A stretch of DNA of 64,000 bases, taken from positions 269-64,268 of the forward strand of contig CALXRS010000004.1 of assembly GCA_944390915.1 (NCBI GenBank), read 5' to 3'. Below the pieces are notes generated by a model. That model was not told where the DNA came from, ran no database searches, and was given only the letters and a program-made list of their open reading frames with translations. Each line of letters starts with the position of its first letter. Position 1 is the stretch's first letter. The stretch is from an uncultured Alphaproteobacteria bacterium (GTDB taxonomy: Bacteria; Pseudomonadota; Alphaproteobacteria; RF32; CAG-239). Both the position numbers and the translations under genes were made by a program. Shown here piece by piece: positions 30,255-39,243 of this stretch.

Positions 30255-30830
30255 TTGCGTTTTCTAACAAAATATATTCTGGTTTTGCTGCCGGCGCTGT
30301 TTTTGTGCGGGTGCGGTTTTCAGCCGTTGTATGTGGAAAAAAAGCATGACAACATGTGGTATTACGGCGGGGACTTTGATACTTCCATCAGCGACGAAAT
30401 GGCAAAAATCAGCATTGAGCCGATAGCCGACCGGTTTGGTCAGGTTTTGCGCAACAATCTGCTCGATTTGTTGACTCCCAAAGGTTCGCCGAAAGAACCG
30501 AAATATCGTCTGTTTGCCTCTCTTGCCAGCAAGCGCGAAACGGATCAGGCGCTGCGTTCGGATATTACCGCAACCCGCAAAATGGTGGTTTACAAAGTGT
30601 CCTATTATATGACCGAAGACGGTCGGCAGGTCATGAAAGGCGACAGCGTGGCCTATACCAGCTACGACATTTTGGCCAATCCGTATTCCACCACCATTGC
30701 CCGCAAAAAAGGCGACGAATATGCGGCGGATATTATTGCCAACGACATTGCTCTGCGGCTCGGGGCGTATTTTCACAACGCGCTGCCGGAAGAGATAACG
30801 GAGGAAACGGCGACGGAAGATGATTTATAA
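30255..30830 (+). CDS. lptE: LPS assembly lipoprotein LptE
   Basis: TTG start after aaggac; LCGCGFQPLY lipobox; lies between leuS and holA. Confidence 0.85.
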   Translation: MRFLTKYILVLLPALFLCGCGFQPLYVEKKHDNMWYYGGDFDTSISDEMAKISIEPIADRFGQVLRNNLLDLLTPKGSPKEPKYRLFASLASKRETDQALRSDITATRKMVVYKVSYYMTEDGRQVMKGDSVAYTSYDILANPYSTTIARKKGDEYAADIIANDIALRLGAYFHNALPEEITEETATEDDL

Positions 30831-31839
30831 ATCGGCGCAGATAGAGAGTTATATCAAAAAAACCGACGATAAAATCCGGGCTTTTCTGATTTACGGCAGC
30901 AACGAGGGTTTGCAGCGTGATACGGTCAAAAGGCTGGCGCGCTCCGTATGTCCGGATTTGAACGACGCGTTCCGTGTGGCGGAGCTGGCGGGGGATACGC
31001 TGACGGGCGACATCGGCGTTCTGTACGGCGAGTTTAACGGCCAGTCGCTGCTCGGCGGCCGGCGGGTGATTATCGTCAACAATGCCGGCAACGATCTGAC
31101 CAAAGGCATCCGCAAAATGCTCGATGAAAGCCCCACGGGCGGCAATTTGCTGATTTTGTCGGGTGACGGCGGTCTGAGCCGGAAGTCGTCGCTGGTCAAA
31201 ATGGCCGAGGAAAGCGCCGACACGGCGGTTTTTGCCTGTTATGAGGATAAAGGTGAGGATATTCGCACGGCGCTAAAAGAAATGGGGCTGACGTTTGAAC
31301 CGGCGGCGGTTCAGCTGTTGTGTGCCCGACTTTCGGGCGACCGTCTGATTAATGCCGGCGAGCTGGATAAGCTCGCGACCTATATGGGCAGCGCCAAAAA
31401 CGTAACAGTGGATATCGTCAACAAAATCATCGGCGATTCGTCGGCTTCCGGTTTGGAAGATATTTATTATGCGGTGCTGGCCGGCGACAAGGCCGGCGGA
31501 CTGGCTTTTTACAACCGCTATCTGAGCGAGGGCAACGAGCCGGTTGCCGTTGTTCGCGGGCTGAACTATCATTTGCAGAAACTGCTTTCCTGTCGGGCGG
31601 ATATGGAAGCGGGCGACTCGGCGGAAAAAGCCATGCAGCGTCTGGTGCCGAAGATTATTTTTTATCGGGCGGACGCCTTCCGGCAGCAGCTGAGCAACTG
31701 GAGTCGAAACAAGCTGCAGCGCGCTCTTGCCATGGTCTATGAGGCCGAAAAAGACTGCAAAACGACGGGGCTGCCGGCGGAAGAAATCGTCAGCCTGACG
31801 CTGTTGCGGCTGGCAGCGGCGGCTAAACGGCCGGGTTGA
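30820..31839 (+). CDS. holA: DNA polymerase III delta subunit
   Basis: LIYGSNEGL, SLLGGRRVI, ELDKLATY; conserved synteny. Confidence 0.92.
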   Translation: MIYKSAQIESYIKKTDDKIRAFLIYGSNEGLQRDTVKRLARSVCPDLNDAFRVAELAGDTLTGDIGVLYGEFNGQSLLGGRRVIIVNNAGNDLTKGIRKMLDESPTGGNLLILSGDGGLSRKSSLVKMAEESADTAVFACYEDKGEDIRTALKEMGLTFEPAAVQLLCARLSGDRLINAGELDKLATYMGSAKNVTVDIVNKIIGDSSASGLEDIYYAVLAGDKAGGLAFYNRYLSEGNEPVAVVRGLNYHLQKLLSCRADMEAGDSAEKAMQRLVPKIIFYRADAFRQQLSNWSRNKLQRALAMVYEAEKDCKTTGLPAEEIVSLTLLRLAAAAKRPG

Positions 31840-31994
31840 TTTTCGAGCATTTGTTTTTATGGTATTTTCGGGAGAACAAACCGTTTGTCGCGGTATTTTT
31901 TTCCAAAATAACGGCAGCAGACGATTTGTTTGACGATTTTTTCTTGATTTTTAGACAAAAAAACGTAATATAAAAACAGATATTCTTTATTATT

Positions 31995-32144
31995 ATGAAA
32001 ACAGGTAAAAAATTTAACATCGGGAACGTTGTTGCCGGTTGCGTGTGGGGAACCATATTGCTTCTCTACATGGTTGTTGCTCTTCCTTTTCTGCTTGTCT
32101 CTTTGTTTGCGGATCGGAGGATATGGGCAAGAAAAAACAAGTAA
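31995..32144 (+). CDS. 49-aa single-pass membrane microprotein (not in ORF track)
   Basis: MKTGKKFNIGNVVAGCVWGTILLLYMVVALPFLLVSLFADRRIWARKNK; AT-rich upstream region, strong hairpin downstream. Confidence 0.55.
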   Translation: MKTGKKFNIGNVVAGCVWGTILLLYMVVALPFLLVSLFADRRIWARKNK

Positions 32145-32204
32145 AACATAGTTTCAAAACGCCGGCCTTTTTCAAAAACGCGGGCGATTATTGATGATAT
32201 GTCC

Positions 32205-32248
32205 CAAACAATAAATGCTCCGTCGACCGACGGAGCATTTGTTGTTTG
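32205..32248. terminator. Bidirectional terminator
   Basis: caaacaataaatgctccgtc-gacc-gacggagcatttgttgtttg. Confidence 0.8.
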
Positions 32249-32264
32249 CCGAATCGAAAAAATA

Positions 32265-34034
32265 TCAGCGTTTATAAGTCGACCGCGGCACATAATGCGT
32301 GTGCAGCAGATGATGCGCTTTTTCGCCGTTCGGCTCGCCGATATATTCGTCGTAGAGCATCTTGATGGATTGATTGTGATGCGAGAGCCTGTTTTGGGAG
32401 CGCAGATCCTCGTCAAACAAGCCTTTGGCGCGTTTGCGGCGGATGTCGTCGGTAATGCCGCGCGGTTTCGGCTGTCCCGGCAACATCACCCGCGGCTGTC
32501 CGCCGCCGGCAATGCAACCGCCCCGGCAGGCCATGACTTCCACAAAGTGATAAGGCAGCTCTTCGCCGGCCTCCTGCGCCGCGCGAAGCCGCGCCAGAAC
32601 TTTTTCGACATTGCCGGTGCCGTGCGCAACGGCAATGCGAATCGTTTTGCCGGCAATGACGACTTCCGCTTCCTTAATGCCGTCTAAGCCTTCGATGTCG
32701 CGGAAATTAAGCTCGCCGAGTTCGTTGCCGGTGATGTAAAAGTATGCCGTTCTCAACGCCGCCGTCATCACCCCGCCGGTGGTGCCGAAAATGGTGCCGG
32801 CGCCGGAATATTCGCCGAGCGGATTGTCGGCTTCTTCGTCCGGCAGGCTGCGAAAATCGATGCCCGCCTGTTTAATCATCCGCGCCAGTTCGCGCGTGGT
32901 CAGCGACACATCTACGTCCTGAAAACCCGATGAATGCATGTCCTCGCTGCGGACAATCTCCCATTTTTTGGCTGTGCAGGGCATGATGGAAATGACGCGG
33001 ATTTTGGCCGGATCTATCCCCGCCTTGTCGGCGTAATAGGTTTTGGCCAGGGCGCCGACCATTGATTGCGGCGATTTGCAGGTGGAGAAATGTTTTATCA
33101 TATCCTGATGATATTTTTCGAGCAAATCGACCCATGCCGGGCAGCAGCTGGTAAACATCGGCAGACTTTCCGGCTCTTTGGTGAAGCGGCGGACAAATTC
33201 GGTGGCTTCTTCAATAATCGTGAGGTCGGCGCCGAAATTGGTGTCGAATACCCGCTTAAAGCCCATCCGCCGCAAAGCCGCGTAGGTTTTGCCGGTCAGG
33301 TTTTCGCCAAAGTCAAAACCGAACTCTTCGCCGATGGCAACCCGAACGGCCGGTGCAATCTGCACAATGGTATAAATATCTTTGTCGTTCAGCATGTCCC
33401 AGACTTTTTGCGTTTCGTCATATTCGACAATCGCGCCGGTCGGGCAGTGGGCGGAACATTGTCCGCATTTGATGCAGGGGCTGTCGGCCAGATTGATGCC
33501 GTTGGCAGCGGTTATTCTGGTGGCCAGGCCGCGGTTTAAGTAACCCAAAGCCCACACGTTCTGTTGGTTTTGGCAAACTTCCACACAGCGCCCGCAAAGA
33601 ATGCATTTGCTGGCGTCGAGCACCAGCGCCTTGGTCGAATCGTCAATCGGCCAGCGTTTAGTGAGGTTTGGCAGCGGCGCGTCTTTGATGCCGAAAGTGT
33701 TGGCCAGATCCTGAAGCTCACAGTGTCCGGAGCGGATGCAGGTGAGACAGGCGTTCGGGTGGTTGCTTAAAATCAGTTTTAAGACTGTGCGCCGCACGTC
33801 GACCAGTTCGGCGTCCGAGGTAATGACTTCCATGCCTTCGGCTACCGGCGTGCAACAGGAACGCATTATTCGCCCGTTGACTTTGACAATGCAGATGCCG
33901 CAGCCGGCGGTGGCGTCAACATCAGGGTGTTTGCACAAGGTGGGAATTTCGATATGGACGCTGCGGGCGGCCTCCAGAATGGTGGTGCCGGCGGTGACTT
34001 CCACGTCGTAATTGTCTATTTTCAGCTTAACCAT
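32265..34034 (-). CDS. hydA: [FeFe]-hydrogenase catalytic subunit, group A3-type (HydA/HndD)
   Basis: H-cluster motifs TSCCPAW, MPCTAKKWE, EVMACRGGCIAGGGQP; N-terminal 2Fe-2S, His-ligated 4Fe-4S (HPNACLTC) and two 4Fe-4S motifs. Confidence 0.95.
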   Translation of the reverse strand: MVKLKIDNYDVEVTAGTTILEAARSVHIEIPTLCKHPDVDATAGCGICIVKVNGRIMRSCCTPVAEGMEVITSDAELVDVRRTVLKLILSNHPNACLTCIRSGHCELQDLANTFGIKDAPLPNLTKRWPIDDSTKALVLDASKCILCGRCVEVCQNQQNVWALGYLNRGLATRITAANGINLADSPCIKCGQCSAHCPTGAIVEYDETQKVWDMLNDKDIYTIVQIAPAVRVAIGEEFGFDFGENLTGKTYAALRRMGFKRVFDTNFGADLTIIEEATEFVRRFTKEPESLPMFTSCCPAWVDLLEKYHQDMIKHFSTCKSPQSMVGALAKTYYADKAGIDPAKIRVISIMPCTAKKWEIVRSEDMHSSGFQDVDVSLTTRELARMIKQAGIDFRSLPDEEADNPLGEYSGAGTIFGTTGGVMTAALRTAYFYITGNELGELNFRDIEGLDGIKEAEVVIAGKTIRIAVAHGTGNVEKVLARLRAAQEAGEELPYHFVEVMACRGGCIAGGGQPRVMLPGQPKPRGITDDIRRKRAKGLFDEDLRSQNRLSHHNQSIKMLYDEYIGEPNGEKAHHLLHTHYVPRSTYKR

Positions 34035-35731
34035 TAGTTTGCCTCCCTGTTGTTTGCTTCGTTTGCGGCAACTTTTGCCTCATATTCTTCGCCAAAATAG
34101 CGCAAGGTGGAAAGAACCGGGTTCGGCGCCGTTTGTCCCAGCCCGCAAAGCGAGGCCTTTTGCATGGCAACGGCCACTTTTTTCAGCAGTTCCAGATCTT
34201 TTTTCGTACCTTTGCCTTTGGCTATTTTTTCCAGGAGCAGCAGCATCTGCTTGCCGCCGATACGGCAGGGGGCGCATTTGCCGCAGGATTCGTCAACCGT
34301 AAAGTCGAGGTAGAATTTGGCAATGTCGACCATGTCGGCGGTTTCGTCCATGACAATCATGCCGCCGGAGCCCATAATCGAGCCGACTTTTTTCAGTTCT
34401 TCGTAGCATACCGGCAAATCGATGTCCACGGCCGGAATAACGCCGCCCGAGGGGCCGCCGGTCTGGACGGCTTTCAGTTTTTTGCCGTTCGGCACGCCGC
34501 CGCCGATTTCGTTGACGATGGTGTCGATGGTGGTGCCCATCGGCACTTCTATCAGTCCGGAGTGTTCAACCTGTCCGGTTAAGGCAAAAACTTTGGTGCC
34601 TTTCGACGTCGCCGTTCCGAAAGAAGAAAACCAGTCGGCGCCTTTTAAGATAATCGAGGGCACGTTGGCCAAAGTTTCCACATTGTTGATGCAGCTCGGC
34701 TTGTCCCACAGTCCCACTTCCGTCGGGTAGGGCGGCCGCGGCCGCGGAGTGCCGCGCTTGCCTTCGATCGAGTGGATAAGCGCCGTTTCTTCGCCGCAGA
34801 CGAAAGCGCCCGCGCCGAGGCGGATGTCGATGTTGAAATTGAAGCCGCTGTTCATGATGTTGTTGCCGAGCAGGCGCGTTTTTTTGCAGGCTTTGATGGC
34901 TTTTTCGATGCGTTCGACGGCCAGCGGATATTCCGCCCGGATATAAAACCAGCCTTCCGTCGCGCCGATGGCGTAGGCGGCAATCATCATGCCTTCGATA
35001 ACGTCATGCGGGTTGGATTCCAAAATGCTTCGATCCATATAGGCGCCGGGGTCGCCTTCGTCGCCGTTGCAGATGATGAATTTGTCGTCCACCACCGGCA
35101 CTTTGGCGGCCAGTTCCCATTTCAGTCCGGTCGGGAAACCGGCGCCGCCGCGACCGCGCAGACCGGATTTTTTGATTTCGGCGGCCACTTCGGCGGGGGT
35201 CATGGTTTTTAAGGCTTTTTCCAAAGCCAGATAGCCGCCGCGGGCGATATATTCCTGAATGTCCTCGGGGTCGAGGTGTCCGGCCTGCTTTAACACCACT
35301 TTTTCCTGTTTGGTGAAGAACGGCAGGTCAAGCGACAGAACATATTTGTTTAAGAATTCCGGCAGTTCGAAAGTTTCTCCTTCTTCCAGCTTGAGGGCGG
35401 GAATGACGTGTTCGCTGATGATAATGCGCGCCACCAAAGGTTCCAGCCGTTTGTAGAGCACGTCTTTCTGTCCTTTTATTTCCACTCTGACCAGAGGTCC
35501 CTGAGCGCACAGTCCCATGCAGCCGGTGGCGACGATGCGCACCTTGCCTTCCAGTCCGTGTTCGGCCACCGCCGATTTCATCAGCTCGAGGATGTCGTCG
35601 CTGCCCGAAGATTTGCAGCCGGTGGAGTGGCAGCAGTAGATGGTGCAGGCATAGCGGTCGATGTCGGCCATTTTGTTTTTGGCAATTTCGTGAATGTCAA
35701 ATCTTTTATCAATTTCGTTCATATCAGCCAT
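34034..35731 (-). CDS. hydB: NADH/FMN-binding NuoF-like hydrogenase subunit (HydB/HndC), lacking the C-terminal ferredoxin domain
   Basis: LRGRGGAGFPTG, CNGDEGDPGAYMDR, GAGAFVCGEETAL, QTGGPSGG, ESCGKCAPCR. Confidence 0.9.
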   Translation of the reverse strand: MADMNEIDKRFDIHEIAKNKMADIDRYACTIYCCHSTGCKSSGSDDILELMKSAVAEHGLEGKVRIVATGCMGLCAQGPLVRVEIKGQKDVLYKRLEPLVARIIISEHVIPALKLEEGETFELPEFLNKYVLSLDLPFFTKQEKVVLKQAGHLDPEDIQEYIARGGYLALEKALKTMTPAEVAAEIKKSGLRGRGGAGFPTGLKWELAAKVPVVDDKFIICNGDEGDPGAYMDRSILESNPHDVIEGMMIAAYAIGATEGWFYIRAEYPLAVERIEKAIKACKKTRLLGNNIMNSGFNFNIDIRLGAGAFVCGEETALIHSIEGKRGTPRPRPPYPTEVGLWDKPSCINNVETLANVPSIILKGADWFSSFGTATSKGTKVFALTGQVEHSGLIEVPMGTTIDTIVNEIGGGVPNGKKLKAVQTGGPSGGVIPAVDIDLPVCYEELKKVGSIMGSGGMIVMDETADMVDIAKFYLDFTVDESCGKCAPCRIGGKQMLLLLEKIAKGKGTKKDLELLKKVAVAMQKASLCGLGQTAPNPVLSTLRYFGEEYEAKVAANEANNREAN

Positions 35732-36218
35732 GGGAGAGCTCCTTGTCTTCGTCGTCAAATTTTTTGCGCCATTCGTCGATAATGTTGCGGACGTCGCCGA
35801 CGCTTACCCGGCCATAGGTCTTGCCGTTGACCACACAGACCGGCGCCAGCCCGCAGCAGCCGACACAGCGGACGCATTGCAGGTGGAACATGCGGTCGGG
35901 CGTGCTTTCGCCTTCACCGATGCCCAATTCTTTTTTGAACTCTTCCAGCACCTTGTCATTGCCTTTCAGGTAGCAGGCCGTGCCGGTGCACACGGAAATG
36001 ACCGCCTTGCCGGGCGCGTCCAGTTTGAAAAAGTTGTAAAAGGTAAGAACTTCGTAGATACGCGCCAGCGGGATGTTCATAACCTGCGCGACCTCCAGCG
36101 CGTCTTCCCACGGTACGTAGCCCTTAACATCCTGAATTTCGTGGAGGGCCATAATCAGCGCTCCTCTCTTTTTGCGCCATTTGGCGGCTACCTGTGTTGC
36201 AACCGAAGTGTCGCCCAT
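35724..36218 (-). CDS. hydC: NuoE-like 2Fe-2S hydrogenase subunit (HydC/HndA)
   Basis: VCTGTACYLKG and CVGCCGLAPV motifs. Confidence 0.92.
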   Translation of the reverse strand: MGDTSVATQVAAKWRKKRGALIMALHEIQDVKGYVPWEDALEVAQVMNIPLARIYEVLTFYNFFKLDAPGKAVISVCTGTACYLKGNDKVLEEFKKELGIGEGESTPDRMFHLQCVRCVGCCGLAPVCVVNGKTYGRVSVGDVRNIIDEWRKKFDDEDKELSHG

Positions 36219-36330
36219 CTGTGTTTACTCCTGTTATGTTGTAACTATACCAATGCTAATACCATATTCGTTAAAACATGATTATACAAGCCAAAAATAT
36301 ATTTTGAGCAGATGGATTTTTCGGTGCGTT

Positions 36331-38376
36331 TTACAGATGGCCAGTCTTAAACAGTTGCCGATATTTGTATATGCTGCCGTTTTCGACATCCCAGCTGAAA
36401 TCTTTTTGCATGGCGGCAACCGTCATTCGGTGTATTTTGTCACTGTGGCAATAAAAAGTTTCCAGCGCCTTGCAGAGGGTTTCGGCATAGGCGTTGGCGT
36501 TGGTTTTCAAGCGCTGCGCCGTCAGGTTGCTGCCGTAGACCCGCCGTTTGTTGGAAGAAAAGAAAACCTCCGTGCGGAAACCGTCCACGCCGTGTTCGAT
36601 GGTGTCGACCAGTCCGCCGGTGGACATGGCAACCGGCAGCGCGCCTTTGGCCATGGCTTCCATCTGGGTCAGGCCGCAGGGTTCAAAGCGGCTGGGCATC
36701 ATGTAAAAATCGGAGGCCATCTGAACGGCATAGGCAAAATCGTCCTGATAGCCGCGGAAAACAAAGAGGCGTTCCCCGCAGTTGGGATTTTCGCGCATGA
36801 CGCGGTCTTTCAGGTTTGTCAGGTGTTCGAAATATCCGCTGTCGCCGGCGCCGCCCAAAACGAATACGGGCATTTCTATGTTTTTCAACGCGCCGAAACG
36901 GACAAACAGGTTGGTAATAGCCTGAGCGGCAATGTCGTAGCCTTTTTGTTCGACCAGCCGGCTGGTGGCGCAGACAATCGGCGTGCGCTCGATGTTTTTG
37001 ATTTTTTTGCTGATATCGTTAAAGCGGTAGGTGTCGACCAGCGGAATCACTTTTTGCTTAAAGTCGGCATCGGCGGCAATCCGCGAGATAAGGCGGATAA
37101 ATTCTTTTTTGTTGGCGAGCTTTTCTTCCAGACTGTTTTCGTCATAATAGCGGAAGCAGAACGGCGCAAAATAACGGTTGACAGCTTCAATTCGCTTCGG
37201 GTTCGGGGTGATGAGCTTTTTGTCGTAGCCGTTGACGATGCCGAAAAAGTTGCGGTGGTCTTTGCGTATCTTCAAAATATCGCGAAAGTCATAACCGAAG
37301 TCGAGTTCTTTGGACACTTCTTCCATGTAGTTTTTGGAAACGGTAATCACCCGGTCGGCCAGATGAAAATTGCACGACGCCTGATTGTAGCAATCGTAAA
37401 CGACTAACGTGTCGCCGGTTCGCGGATTGGCGTTTTTGACGGCTTTGGCGTTTTTGACGACGGCGGCGGCGGTGTTTTCGTATAAAGAATTGAGCAGTTT
37501 GACCGTATTGGGGTAATCCCAGCCCTGATAGCCCAAATGGTGCGCCAGATGGACGACCGGCAGATTTTTTAATTTTTCGCAAAGCGACGATGTTATCAGT
37601 CCTTTTTCGCGGCGGGCAATCGAAAAATATTTGGTCAGTCCGGCCAGAGCGCCGCTGTGCCAGTCGTTGGCAATCAGCAGGTTGGGTGCCTCCGCTTCGG
37701 TTTGTTTTTTTTCAAGCAGGGAGCAAACCAGCATGTAGACCGCTTTGGAAAAAAAGGCAAAGCGCTCCACTTCGTTGATGTTGAATTCGTTTAAGACATA
37801 GCAGCCGTCCTGCGCCGGATTGTTTTCCGGATGGGGGTTGACGGAAAAGAAACGTTCGTTTTCCAAAAACAGATATTGCACCCCGTTGCACCGTCCGCAA
37901 TAGACGGTAACGGGATGTTTGGTCAAGCTGTTGCGGCTGTTGCAAAAGGGTACTTTTAAGACAAGAAGTTTTTTTAATTCGATATCTTTTTTTTCGGCGC
38001 CGTGATAAACCTCTTTTTCCAAAAAGGCCTTTTTTTTGCCCGTGTCGCCGGTATAAAGCGGGGTAACGACGGTTATTTTGTCGCCGTGTTTTGCAAAGCA
38101 GCGGTTGAAGGCTTCCGGCAGTTCGGAAGCCACCATGCCGAGCCCGCCCCATTTCATAAAGGTGGCAGTTTCCGCCGTAATCATCCAGGCGTTGATTTTA
38201 TCCATCTGCGGCCAGTCTTTTTTGCCGAGACATTGTATGCGCCCGAGGTTTTGAATTTCGGCCAGAGCGGGGTTGTTGACCACGCCGAAGGTCAGCGGAA
38301 ATTTTTTTATGTTAAAACTTTTCGGCAGCGGTCTGAACGCGCCGTCAACAGCTTTGGATGAGGAAACGGGACTCAT
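36331..38376 (-). CDS. glgA: Glycogen/starch synthase-like glycosyltransferase (GT5)
   Basis: KWGGLG (KxGGL), ANDWH, RLVEQKG, PSRFEPCGLTQ, STGGLVDT, DFSW. Confidence 0.8.
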   Translation of the reverse strand: MSPVSSSKAVDGAFRPLPKSFNIKKFPLTFGVVNNPALAEIQNLGRIQCLGKKDWPQMDKINAWMITAETATFMKWGGLGMVASELPEAFNRCFAKHGDKITVVTPLYTGDTGKKKAFLEKEVYHGAEKKDIELKKLLVLKVPFCNSRNSLTKHPVTVYCGRCNGVQYLFLENERFFSVNPHPENNPAQDGCYVLNEFNINEVERFAFFSKAVYMLVCSLLEKKQTEAEAPNLLIANDWHSGALAGLTKYFSIARREKGLITSSLCEKLKNLPVVHLAHHLGYQGWDYPNTVKLLNSLYENTAAAVVKNAKAVKNANPRTGDTLVVYDCYNQASCNFHLADRVITVSKNYMEEVSKELDFGYDFRDILKIRKDHRNFFGIVNGYDKKLITPNPKRIEAVNRYFAPFCFRYYDENSLEEKLANKKEFIRLISRIAADADFKQKVIPLVDTYRFNDISKKIKNIERTPIVCATSRLVEQKGYDIAAQAITNLFVRFGALKNIEMPVFVLGGAGDSGYFEHLTNLKDRVMRENPNCGERLFVFRGYQDDFAYAVQMASDFYMMPSRFEPCGLTQMEAMAKGALPVAMSTGGLVDTIEHGVDGFRTEVFFSSNKRRVYGSNLTAQRLKTNANAYAETLCKALETFYCHSDKIHRMTVAAMQKDFSWDVENGSIYKYRQLFKTGHL

Positions 38377-38548
38377 GCTCAATCTCTCTTTTAGTCAGAA
38401 TAATCCAGCCACGGAAAAAATACTCTGCCTGTTTTAATAATTGATTAAAAAAGGCAAAAATTTATCCACTTGACTTGTTTCTTCTAAATTATTAAATCTT
38501 TTATATAAAGAATATACGCGCTTTGCAAAAAAAATTAAAGAGGTAAAA

Positions 38549-39109
38549 ATGAAAAAGGATGAAATTGAGCATAACTTGTCCGACGAAAACGATATTGTGA
38601 CGGAAGATGCGGAATGCCTTGCCGAAGAAATCGAAAAAACTTCCGAAAAAATCGACGAAGAGGCCGAGCTGCTGAAAGAGGAAAATGCCAAACTGAAGGA
38701 CGACTGTCTGCGCGCGTATGCCGAACTGGAAAACACCAAAAAAAGATGCGCCGCGGAAATGGAAAAAACTTCCAAATATGCCGTCAGTTCTTTTGCTAAG
38801 GAAGTTTTGTCGGTGGCCGACAATCTGCATCGGGCGCTTGCCGCCGCGGAAGAATTGCCCGGCAGCGATTGCGAACAGCTCAAAAAAGGGGTGGAACTTA
38901 CCGAATCGGAGCTGGCAAAGGTTTTGGCCAAATTCGGCGTGGTTAAAATGGAACCTATGGGAAAAGTTTTTGATCCGGCCTTCCACCGCGTAGTGCAGGA
39001 AGTGGAAGACAAATCCAAGCCGGCCGGAACCGTCGTTGCCGAGTTGCAGACCGGATATATGATTAATGACAGGATACTGCGCGAGGCAATGGTTATTGTC
39101 AGCCGTTAA
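38549..39109 (+). CDS. grpE: Nucleotide exchange factor GrpE
   Basis: RAYAELEN, VADNLHRAL, FDPAFH, GYMINDRILREAMV. Confidence 0.95.
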   Translation: MKKDEIEHNLSDENDIVTEDAECLAEEIEKTSEKIDEEAELLKEENAKLKDDCLRAYAELENTKKRCAAEMEKTSKYAVSSFAKEVLSVADNLHRALAAAEELPGSDCEQLKKGVELTESELAKVLAKFGVVKMEPMGKVFDPAFHRVVQEVEDKSKPAGTVVAELQTGYMINDRILREAMVIVSR

Positions 39110-39170
39110 AAAACAGAATTTCAGAAAGCGTAACGAATGTCGGCAACGGTTCGGAAACGGGTTTTTTAAC

Positions 39171-39198
39171 TTGACAGAAATATATTTTTGTCTACAAT
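39171..39198 (+). promoter_or_regulatory. Sigma70 promoter with palindromic spacer
   Basis: TTGACA-N16-TACAAT; gacagaaatatatttttgtc near-palindrome spans -35 and spacer. Confidence 0.6.
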
Positions 39199-39243
39199 GA
39201 AATTGTTTCAAGCCTGAATTAGGTCGATGATAAAGGATATAAG

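Noticed and set aside
27673-30270. Long antisense ORFs opposite leuS (likewise opposite macB, addA, glgA, dnaB, nusA, infB, pnp)
   Set aside because: Shadow frames expected from codon bias of conserved sense genes; no domain motifs
32265-36218. Respiratory complex I nuoEFG
   Set aside because: The large subunit has intact H-cluster motifs and no other nuo genes are adjacent
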